From: an uncultured Phycisphaeraceae bacterium | GTDB lineage: Bacteria; Planctomycetota; Phycisphaerae; Phycisphaerales; UBA1924 | Assembly: GCA_964441555.1 (NCBI GenBank) | Contig: CAYTYD010000001.1 | Span: forward strand, 1-62,127 | Length of the DNA stretch: 62,127 bases | Direction of reading: 5' to 3' | Part shown: piece after piece, positions 9,191 to 16,165 of the stretch | Layout of the letters: each line of letters starts with the position of its first letter | Numbering within the stretch: the stretch's first letter is position 1 | Made by a program: the position numbers and the translations under genes | The notes under the pieces: generated by a model | What the model was told of the DNA's origin: nothing | Seen by the model: only the letters and a program-made list of their open reading frames with translations | Database searches by the model: none

Positions 9191-9565
9191 TCAGGTGGGG
9201 AGGAGTTTGCGGAAGGTTGCGGTGTAGGTGATGGAGCGGGTGCGGGCGCGATCGGTGGGGGCGAGTTCTTTGAAGGCGACGAAGTGGATGTCGGACCAGG
9301 TGTGGCTGTGATCGTCGATGAGGTCGGCGGCGGTGGGAGGGTGAGTGAGGAGCGCGGTGATGTTGTTGCGGAGAGTCCAGAGTGCGGACTCGGTGGAAGC
9401 GACGAGGCGGCCGCTGACGGTGATGACGAGTTCTTTGAGGCCGATGGGGAGAGAGGCGGGGTCGAGTGCGCCCTGAGAGATGAGGGGGATGAGGGTTTGG
9501 CCCTGCTCGCCGATGGTGAAGCGGTGAGGGCCGACGAAGATGGATTGGCCGTTGAAGGAGGACAT
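9191..9565 (-). CDS. Hypothetical protein (124 aa)
   Basis: MSSFNGQSIFVGPHRFTIGEQGQ... GGAG lies 7 nt upstream of ATG 9565. Strong C-ending codon bias. No domain recognised. Confidence 0.65.
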   Translation of the reverse strand: MSSFNGQSIFVGPHRFTIGEQGQTLIPLISQGALDPASLPIGLKELVITVSGRLVASTESALWTLRNNITALLTHPPTAADLIDDHSHTWSDIHFVAFKELAPTDRARTRSITYTATFRKLLPT

Positions 9566-9929
9566 GGGGGGCTCCAGAAAGAGGCACTAGGCATTAGGCA
9601 CTTGGCACTAGGGGAAGGCAGAAAGGCAGGGCATCAGGCATCAGGCACCAGAAAAGACCGTTCAACGCAGAGGCACAGAGACGCAGAGGAAGATCGGAGC
9701 GGAGGAAGAGAGGAGTGAGGAGAAGAGGAGACCAGGAGAAGAAGGAAAGAGAAGAAGTGGCGAAGTGGCGGAGTAAGAGACAAAGGAGCAGGAAAGACAG
9801 ATTTCAGATTTGAGATTTCAGAAAGCAGAAGCACAAGAGCAGAGAAGAGAGGCAAGGACAGGGGGAGCGGGAAGAGAGACACACTGACCGCGCAAAGCCG
9901 CAGTCAGTGGCACGGGAGTGGCGCGGGAG
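9566..9929 (-). repeat. Mosaic spacer copy C (full form)
   Basis: Heptads 9583-9610; GGCAGAAAGGCAGGGCATCAGGCATCAGGCACCAG; TTCAACGCAGAGGCACAGAGACGCAGAGG (9661-9689); GA tracts including GAAGTGGCGAAGTGGCGG; GATTTCA GATTTGA GATTTCA (9800-9820); stem-loop 9884-9907. Confidence 0.85.
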
Positions 9930-10325
9930 TCAGAGGATGGTGATGGGGTCGGCGGAACCGTTTGAGGAAAGGGCGATGAGGGAGAGGGTGCGGGTGGCAC
10001 CTTTGGAATTGAGGGAGTGGGTGCAGGCGCGGACGACTGCGGTGGTTTGGAGGGTGAGGGTGGCGCTGTCGGAGTTGTTGGGGCGGGCGCGGATGGTGAG
10101 CGTGGCGGAAGAAGAAGGGAGAGGCGCGGCGATATCTGAAGCGGTGAGGTGTTGCTGGATGGTGATGAGGACTTTTTGCTCGGGGATGTCGGCGAAGGTG
10201 GGATGAGGGCCGGCATCGGAGAAGTCGATGGCTTCGCGCGAGGCGGTGCGATCGATGGCGATGGAGGAGACATCGGTGAGGAGGAGAGAGCCGAAGGTGA
10301 CGCGAGTGGGGGATGAGAGGAACAT
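9930..10325 (-). CDS. Hypothetical protein (131 aa)
   Basis: MFLSSPTRVTFGSLLLTDVSSIAIDR... GGAG lies upstream of ATG 10325, in frame with ORF 9930..10358. The sequence looks beta-rich. No domain recognised. Confidence 0.6.
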   Translation of the reverse strand: MFLSSPTRVTFGSLLLTDVSSIAIDRTASREAIDFSDAGPHPTFADIPEQKVLITIQQHLTASDIAAPLPSSSATLTIRARPNNSDSATLTLQTTAVVRACTHSLNSKGATRTLSLIALSSNGSADPITIL

Positions 10326-10654
10326 GGGGGACTCCGGAGAATGCAAGGCACTGGGCACTAGGCACTGGGCACTAGGGGAAGGCAGAAAGGCAGGGCATCA
10401 GGCACCAGAAAAGGCTGTTCAACGCAGAGGGGAAGAGAGAGGAGTGAGGAGAAAGGAGAGCAGGAGAGAAGGAGAAGAGCGAAGGCGGGAAGAGAAGAAA
10501 GACACACATCAATTTCAGATTTGAGATTTCAGAAGGAAGAGTGTGGAGAAGAAGGAGAGGAGTGGGTAGAGCAGTCGTCCACCGATTTCATGGGCGAGGA
10601 GGAGAAGGAAAGAGCACGGCCCTGCAAAGCCAGGACCGTGGCACGAAGATGAAG
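10326..10654 (-). repeat. Mosaic spacer copy D (full form)
   Basis: Heptads GGCACTG GGCACTA GGCACTG GGCACTA (10347-10374); GGCAGAAAGGCAGGGCATCAGGCACCAG; truncated TTCAACGCAGAGG (10418-10430); AATTTCA GATTTGA GATTTCA (10511-10531); GGTAGAGCAGTCGTCCACCGATTTCATGGG (10565-10594); stem-loop 10615-10640. Confidence 0.85.
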
Positions 10655-11302
10655 TCAGGCGCGGGTGAGGTGGAATTGGGAGGGGGAGCGGGTGGTGTCG
10701 GGGAGGCCATCGGCGTTGGTGTCGAGTTGGGCGGAGATGAAGCGTGCAGCGCGTTCGAAGAGGAGCATGTAGATGGTGGCAGCGCGGGCGATGGAGGCGG
10801 AGGATGGGAGCGTGAGAGACGCGGCATCGGCGAGATGGCGGAGGGTGAGGAGGGAGATGGGGCGGATGAGGGAGCGAGGGTTGGTGATGTGGAGTTCGGT
10901 GAGTGTGTCGGCTGGTGGGGAGGATGAGGATGGGGTGAGGCCCAGAGAGGCGAGGATTTCGGATTCGGCGGCGGCGATCTGGGGTGCGAAGGTGTGAATG
11001 GAGTAGGGGCGATCGGTGAGTGTGCCCAGGGGAAGGGGTGAGCCGGTGTATTCAGCGCGGATGCGCGAGATGGTGAGGGTGGTGGCGGAGGTGCGAGCGA
11101 TGATCTCGTAGGAGATGTCGTCGATGGTGATGATGTGGCCGGGGGAGATGTTGGCGGCGATGAAGGATGTGTCTTGGGTGGAGGCGGTGAGCGTTGTGGC
11201 GGTGACGGAGCAGACACCGGTGGAGAGGCGCTGGCCGAGCCAGGAGATGGAGCGGAGGAGGGAGGGGTCGATGATGAGGAGGTCGCGGTCGGAGGTGAGC
11301 AT
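10655..11302 (-). CDS. Hypothetical protein (215 aa)
   Basis: MLTSDRDLLIIDPSLLRSISWLGQRL... AAGGAA lies upstream of ATG 11302. The 303-aa track ORF starts at a TTG inside the CU-rich spacer, so that extension was discounted. Confidence 0.65.
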   Translation of the reverse strand: MLTSDRDLLIIDPSLLRSISWLGQRLSTGVCSVTATTLTASTQDTSFIAANISPGHIITIDDISYEIIARTSATTLTISRIRAEYTGSPLPLGTLTDRPYSIHTFAPQIAAAESEILASLGLTPSSSSPPADTLTELHITNPRSLIRPISLLTLRHLADAASLTLPSSASIARAATIYMLLFERAARFISAQLDTNADGLPDTTRSPSQFHLTRA

Positions 11303-11732
11303 GTGAGTTCCTTTTGAAGGACTTTTCAACGCAGAGGCGCAGAGACGCAGAGGGAGATCGAAGAGGAAAGAGGAGAGAGACGAGAAAGGAGAACAGGAGA
11401 ACAGGAGAAGAGGAGAGGGGAGAGCAGAAGAGAAATGGGCAAATTGACAAATATGCAAATAGGAAATTAAGGCAGAGAAGAAAAAGTGGCGGGGTGGCTG
11501 AGTGGGCAAGAGGAAAAGAGAGAACGCAAAGAGGAAGGCGGGAAGAGAAGAAAGGACACAGGTCAATTTCAGATTTGAGATTTCAGAGATCAGAATGAGA
11601 AGCGCAGGGAATGGAGAAGAAGGAGGAGAAGAGGTAGAGCGGTCGTCGGCCCATTTCAGGGGCGGAAGAGGCGGAGAAGGAGCGGAAGGCCTTGCCGCGG
11701 CTTGGGGGCTGCGGCAAGGCGGGGAGGGGCGA
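11303..11732 (-). repeat. Mosaic spacer copy E (longest form)
   Basis: TTCAACGCAGAGGCGCAGAGACGCAGAGG (11325-11353); GA tracts; AAATGGGCAAATTGACAAATATGCAAATAGG (about 11433-11463); AAGTGGCGGGGTGGCTGAGTGGGC; AATTTCA GATTTGA GATTTCA (11565-11585); GGTAGAGCGGTCGTCGGCCCATTTCAGGGG (11633-11662); stem-loop 11689-11720. Confidence 0.85.
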
Positions 11733-12026
11733 TCAGGTGATGCTGAGGCCTTTGATCATGCCGTGGGCGAGTTCGTTGCGGAACTCGAGGGTGTATTCAC
11801 CCAGGAGCTGGCCACTGACGGAATCGCGGCGAGGCGAGGTGGCGGGATTGATGCGAGGCGGGAGGGAGTCTTGCTGAGAGAGGGAGTACCACTTGTGCCG
11901 CGATGGGGAGAGCGTGAGGGGATTGCGGTAGTAGGAGTGGAGTTTGCGGAAGAGGGGGAGGCGCTGGGTGTTGTGGGCTGTGAGCGCGGCGGAGAGGCGG
12001 AGGCGGAGTGGTTCGGTGAGGGGCAT
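11733..12026 (-). CDS. Hypothetical protein (97 aa), first ORF of the array
   Basis: MPLTEPLRLRLSAALTAHNTQRLPLFRKLHSYYRNPLTL... GGAG lies 9 nt upstream of ATG 12026. The resemblance of the YYRNP region to phage portal N-termini is vague and unverified. Confidence 0.55.
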   Translation of the reverse strand: MPLTEPLRLRLSAALTAHNTQRLPLFRKLHSYYRNPLTLSPSRHKWYSLSQQDSLPPRINPATSPRRDSVSGQLLGEYTLEFRNELAHGMIKGLSIT

Positions 12027-12070
12027 TTGCAAATCTCCAAAATTCCAAATTGCCAAATGGCCAAATCAGA
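12027..12070 (-). repeat. Heptad-phased leader directly upstream of the first array ORF
   Basis: TTGCAAATCTCCAAAATTCCAAATTGCCAAATGGCCAAATCAG carries a 7-8-nt periodic CCAAAT/GCAAAT motif. It is related to the AAATGGC blocks in spacers A and E. Confidence 0.6.
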
Positions 12071-12235
12071 AGGGGAGGAGGAACGTGGCGAGGCCGGACG
12101 CGGCCCCCTCGACAAGCGCGGGGCGGAGTGCACACGAGTGCGTCTCTACCCATGGAGGTGAGCGACGCCAGCGCCCGCTTTTTGGGGGGTGTTGGAGGGG
12201 TGAAAAAGTGGTGGATGCGCGTTGTGGCATAAGGA

Positions 12236-12263
12236 GTTATGACTTTTTTTTGGGATGGTCCAA
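12236..12263 (-). promoter_or_regulatory. Candidate sigma-70-like promoter for the small-ORF array
   Basis: On the minus strand: TTGGAC (12263-12258), a 16-nt spacer rich in A, then CATAAC (12241-12236). It lies about 210 nt upstream of ATG 12026. Confidence 0.25.
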
Positions 12264-12369
12264 TAAGACGTTTTCGGTGACCATCGGCGCGCGCGCGCTG
12301 GCGTCGCTCTTAACAAATCGTTCGGGTCGATGGCGTGGCTGGTCTGGGTGAAGGACCAGACAATCGAGC

Positions 12370-13197
12370 ATGCTGACACAGGACCAGGCCAAAGCGTTTG
12401 CGAAGGAATGGGTGCGGGCGTGGAACGCGCATGATGTGGAGGGAGTGCTGAGGCACTTTGCTGAGGATGCGGAATTCGCGAGCCCGTTCGCGGCGGCGAT
12501 GGGTGGAGGCGGCGCTGGAGCAGATGGGGGCGTGTTGCGCGGCAAGGCAGCGCTGCGGGCATACTGGACGCGGGCGCTGGAGCGCTTTCCGGATCTGACG
12601 TTCCGCCTGCTGGATGTGATGGCAGGGGCGCAGAGCGTGGTGGTGCGGTATGGATCAGTGCTGGACCTGACGGCGATGGAGTATTTCGAATTTGATGATG
12701 AGGGAAAGGTGACGCGGGGTGCAGCGCATTACAGCGCCAGCGCGGAGCACCTGACGGGCGCGAAGGCGCCGTGGATGTACGCGACGCACATCACACCGAT
12801 CCTGAATGTGTCGGGGATGAAGGAATCGCTGGAGTGGTTCGGCAAGCTGGGGTGGAAGACGTGCTGGACGTGGCCGGAGGGCGAGGCGGCGACATTCGCG
12901 GCGGTGGGGAGCGGGCAGTGCGAGATCTTTCTGTGCCTTAACGGCCAGGGGGGCAAGGGCAAGGGGAGCAACACGCGGACGGGGGGCGGCCCGGGCGAGG
13001 ACGACACGGTGGACAAAGGCGTGTGGCTGAGCGTGTGGGTGATGAATGTCGATGAGGTGCAAGCGCGGTGCGTGCGCGAAGGCCTGGATGTGACGCATCC
13101 GCCCACGGATGAGCCGTGGGGGGTGCGCGAGATGCACGTGCGGCACCCGGATGGGCACGTGCTGAGGATCAGCCGCGGGAACTGGTTGCAGGAGTGA
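12370..13197 (+). CDS. SnoaL-like (NTF2 fold) domain fused to glyoxalase/bleomycin-resistance (VOC) domain protein
   Basis: N-terminus AKAFAKEWVRAWNAHDVEGVLRHFAEDAEF (SnoaL-like). C-terminal half ITPILNVSGMKESLEWFGKLGW...EPWGVREMHVRHPDGHVLRIS (VOC-like). Confidence 0.75.
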   Translation: MLTQDQAKAFAKEWVRAWNAHDVEGVLRHFAEDAEFASPFAAAMGGGGAGADGGVLRGKAALRAYWTRALERFPDLTFRLLDVMAGAQSVVVRYGSVLDLTAMEYFEFDDEGKVTRGAAHYSASAEHLTGAKAPWMYATHITPILNVSGMKESLEWFGKLGWKTCWTWPEGEAATFAAVGSGQCEIFLCLNGQGGKGKGSNTRTGGGPGEDDTVDKGVWLSVWVMNVDEVQARCVREGLDVTHPPTDEPWGVREMHVRHPDGHVLRISRGNWLQE

Positions 13198-13422
13198 GGG
13201 GAGGCATCAGGCCCTTCGACTGCGCTCAGGGCGGGCATCAGGCGGGGATTCGACGCTTGAGATATGTATTTGAAGCATGCGGAAACCCTTGAAGATTGAG
13301 TTTCGCGAAAACGCTTGATCGCAACGGAAACACGGAAAGAGCGTTTAGCAATCCGCAAGCAGCGCGACGCAAAGTTACCATGCAACAGGTAGGATTTTCT
13401 GTCTGATACGAATCACCCACAC

Positions 13423-13935
13423 ATGGAGTCTGTCATGCGAATCATGCTTGTGATTTCTCTGCTGATGGCCATGTTCCTTGGTGGATGCACCTCTTCAAGA
13501 CAAATGCCATATTCGCACGGCATGTCGGGACTCGATGTCCAAGTCATTGAGGTCAAGCAATTCGAGGACGGCGGCCTTGGCGGGAAATACCTCGTGCACA
13601 ACACTTTGGATGGCCTGAATCACGCCACCCCTTTCCACATCACAGCGCGTATTTTGAAATCGGATTTTGTGAGCGATGCGGGCATCACGTATCGAGTTGT
13701 CGTCTTGGCTACTCCGGAATCCCAGAAAATCACATTCGGACCTCGAATGGATTTCAAGGTGTATGACATGACCAATAAGGAAACCCGCCAATTTCCGCTA
13801 TTCGGCGGGAAGTTTGTGGCGCTGCACGACGATGCGGGAAAAATGCCCGATCACGGCACTCGAATGAGGATTGTCTCGCACGATAAGCACATTCATATTC
13901 ATGGCGACGTGGAGATTCAGCGAATTCGCAGATGA
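13423..13935 (+). CDS. Hypothetical lipoprotein, in a locally lower-GC (~50%) stretch
   Basis: Signal plus lipobox MRIMLVISLLMAMFLGGC. No recognisable domain. Confidence 0.65.
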   Translation: MESVMRIMLVISLLMAMFLGGCTSSRQMPYSHGMSGLDVQVIEVKQFEDGGLGGKYLVHNTLDGLNHATPFHITARILKSDFVSDAGITYRVVVLATPESQKITFGPRMDFKVYDMTNKETRQFPLFGGKFVALHDDAGKMPDHGTRMRIVSHDKHIHIHGDVEIQRIRR

Positions 13936-13957
13936 GGCGACGCGAGCGCGCTGTGAA

Positions 13958-15379
13958 TCAGGTGGCTCTTGTTCTAACTGTGCCAAGCGTGTGATGCAGC
14001 AGCGCGAGATAGCAGATGGCGAGGGCCCAGGAGATGCCGCCGACGGAGCGCCACCAATTGACGGCGTCTTTGAAGTACTCGCCGCCAGGGGGAAGGATGA
14101 GGGCGAGGAAGAGCGCGAGAGTGCAGGAGATAAGGAGAAGAGGAGAGGAAGAGACACCAGGCACCAGGTACTTGGCACCACGGTCGGAAGAAGAGGGATG
14201 TGCAGCACTGGCCTGCAAAGTCAGGACCGTGGCACGAGAAAGGAGAAGCAGTGCCGCGATCAGTACGAACATGGGGAGAAGCAGGACGAGGTGTCGCGGG
14301 TTGGTCTGCGGGCCAAAGCAGAGGACGGTGGCGAGCAAGCCGCTGAATTCAGTGGCGATGAGGAGTGGTGAGGAGTGGGCGGGGTGAGGTGGATTCCAAG
14401 GGAGGGTGAAGAGGGGAATGCGCGCAGCCCGGTAGAGAAGGACAGCGGTGGCGACGAAGGCAGCGGCGGCGAGGGTGATGAGGGAAAGGGTGAGGGGATC
14501 GGTGGCGGGTTTGCCTGTGAAGCGTGAGATGGCGCTGGGAATGCTGATGGAGCGGATGTCGGCGAGGCCAGCGATGCGGGCGGTGGATTGGCCGGGGGTG
14601 GTGGAGAGGACGGAGCGCGGATCGCGCTCGCGCGCGTCGGTGATTTCGGTTTCCTGGCTGACCATGCGGGTGAGGCCGCCGAAGGCCTTGGCGAGGTAGC
14701 GGGCGTTGGTGTCGATGCCCAAGGTGGTGGCTGGCAGGAGGGCCCAGAGGATGGTGAAGAGGAGGGAGAAAGCCGCGGCCTTGTACTGGCGGCGGATGAT
14801 GAAATAAGGAACGGCGATGAGGGTGATGTATTTGATGTTGGCGGTGAAACCGAGGATGAGCCCGGCGAGGACGGGTTTGCGCTCCATGAAGATGAGAACG
14901 AGGAGCCAGAGGGAGGCGATGAGAAGGTTGCACTGGCCCATGACAATGTCGGCGCGAGTCTTGTCGGCGATGAGAACGAGCCCGGCGGCGGCGACGAGGA
15001 GCGCGGTGGGACAGAACGTGGGAAGCGCTGAACCGGTGAGGCGGCGGAGTGCATCGCGCGAGGCGAGGAGCGCGGTGAAGAGGAGGAGCGAGAGATTCAG
15101 GGTCATCCAGAGAAGCGCCGCGTGCTGATCAGCGAGGCGCGAAAGGGGGATGAGAAGCCAGGCGAGGAGGGGTGGATAGATGTAGCCCAGAGAGCCGGCG
15201 GAATAGAGGTCTGTGCCCATGTCGAGGGCGCGGGCACCGGCGAGGAATTCGGCAAAATCCTTGAGTTTGCCATCGTTGATGGCGCGGATGGTGGAGTGCG
15301 CAGACCAGATGGTGGTGCCCAGGAGGATGGCGGCGGCAATGGGGCCGATGGTGCGGGATGAGCGAGGGTTGAAGGGCAC
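13958..15379 (-). CDS. Glycosyltransferase family 87 / DUF2029 polytopic membrane protein (mannosyltransferase-like)
   Basis: GTG start. N-terminal DFAEFLAGARALDMGTDLYSAGSLGYIYPPLLAWLLIP pattern typical of DUF2029. Many TM helices. Confidence 0.75.
   Translation of the reverse strand: MPFNPRSSRTIGPIAAAILLGTTIWSAHSTIRAINDGKLKDFAEFLAGARALDMGTDLYSAGSLGYIYPPLLAWLLIPLSRLADQHAALLWMTLNLSLLLFTALLASRDALRRLTGSALPTFCPTALLVAAAGLVLIADKTRADIVMGQCNLLIASLWLLVLIFMERKPVLAGLILGFTANIKYITLIAVPYFIIRRQYKAAAFSLLFTILWALLPATTLGIDTNARYLAKAFGGLTRMVSQETEITDARERDPRSVLSTTPGQSTARIAGLADIRSISIPSAISRFTGKPATDPLTLSLITLAAAAFVATAVLLYRAARIPLFTLPWNPPHPAHSSPLLIATEFSGLLATVLCFGPQTNPRHLVLLLPMFVLIAALLLLSRATVLTLQASAAHPSSSDRGAKYLVPGVSSSPLLLISCTLALFLALILPPGGEYFKDAVNWWRSVGGISWALAICYLALLHHTLGTVRTRAT
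14085..14245 (-). repeat. Partial copy of the mosaic repeat embedded in frame in the GT87 CDS
   Basis: GCAGGAGATAAGGAGAAGAGGAGAGGAAGAGA, then CACCAGGCACCAGGTACTTGGCACC, then CACTGGCCTG-CAAAGT-CAGGACCGTGGCACGAG. The right arm and tail match spacer D (10631-10646). Translated as ..AAHPSSSDRGAKYLVPGVSSSPLLLIS.. Confidence 0.7.
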
Positions 15380-15439
15380 AGGTGTGGACTATACAGGCGA
15401 GCGGGGAACCGGAGGAGCGCGTGACAGTACACTGAGTGA

Positions 15440-16117
15440 GTGAGAGCCAGTCATATCTGTCCACGGTGCGGGAGCGAGCTGGCGAAAGTGCGCGGCGAGT
15501 GGTGTGACGTGGTGGGACAGCAGGTGGTGCGGTGTGTGGGAAGGGTTGGTGGAGCGGCGTGTGAGTATGTGGTGGCGCGAGGTGTGCCGCGACGCAAGCA
15601 GGTCAGGCAAGTGACGCGGCCGGTGTTGGCAGTGGCGTTGCTGATTGCGACGGTGTTGGTGTGGGTGGGCGGGGTGGCGGCGTGTGCGACGGGGGCGTTC
15701 TTTGGCAGTATTGAGTTGTACTCCACGTTGCGACATGGAGGAGGATTGAGCGCGTGGACGGCTCCGCTCGTGCTGTTTGCGATTGGCGGATGTGGCGCGG
15801 CGGTGGTTGGAGCTTGGATGAGGATCGTGCGTGAAGATGGGGCACATTGGAAGAGGTGGGTGTTGTTTGTGCTGCTCGCGCTGGCGTGGATGGGAAGCGA
15901 ATTAGCGCTTGCCAAAGGCGTGGGTGACATGGTGAGTGGGCGAAACTTGTCGGGGGCGTTGCCGTGGTTGTGGGTTCCTGTGCCGGTGCTGGCGCTGATG
16001 TGGTGGGCGGGGGCGTTGGTTGGGGCGCTCTTGCGCTGGATTGTGGCGTGGGGACGGAGCGTGATGTGGAAACGCGGGTTGCAGAGGGCGCGGCACATGC
16101 GCCCACAGCGTGCGTAA
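15440..16117 (+). CDS. Hypothetical membrane protein with N-terminal zinc-ribbon
   Basis: GTG start. CPRCGSEL...C..VVRC motif followed by 4-5 predicted TM helices. Confidence 0.6.
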   Translation: MRASHICPRCGSELAKVRGEWCDVVGQQVVRCVGRVGGAACEYVVARGVPRRKQVRQVTRPVLAVALLIATVLVWVGGVAACATGAFFGSIELYSTLRHGGGLSAWTAPLVLFAIGGCGAAVVGAWMRIVREDGAHWKRWVLFVLLALAWMGSELALAKGVGDMVSGRNLSGALPWLWVPVPVLALMWWAGALVGALLRWIVAWGRSVMWKRGLQRARHMRPQRA

Positions 16118-16165
16118 TGGCGCGTGATGGTGTGTTAGAAGTATCAGTGCCAGTGATGAAAAGGG

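Noticed and set aside
10655-11566. 303-aa version of the ORF with an L/S/P/F-rich N-terminal extension; likewise the 82-aa ORF 9634..9882 inside spacer C
   Set aside because: The extension starts at a TTG inside the CU-rich spacer and simply translates the pyrimidine tract. A good AAGGAA site and ATG sit at 11302. The spacer ORFs are treated as artefacts of low-complexity sequence.
11733-12026. Calling the five array ORFs a prophage or GTA structural module (portal fragment, tail proteins, holin-like protein)
   Set aside because: The only basis is vague pattern memory: the YYRNP motif, the sizes, and one TM helix. There is no terminase, capsid, integrase or recognisable tail gene. It stays a hypothesis to test by HHpred, not an annotation.
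8595-12070. Possibility that the repeat-separated small ORFs are an integron cassette array with attC sites (GTTCAAC/GTTGAAC fits RYYYAAC/GTTRRRY)
   Set aside because: The spacers are 150-430 nt and almost purely purine on one strand, so they cannot form the long imperfect inverted repeats (R''-L''/L'-R') that define attC. No intI-type integrase or attI is in the window. The core-site match is a single 7-mer.
8595-12070. Possibility of a CRISPR array
   Set aside because: The repeated units are long, mosaic and degenerate rather than short identical direct repeats. The intervening segments are 260-650 nt ORFs with ribosome-binding sites. No cas genes are present.
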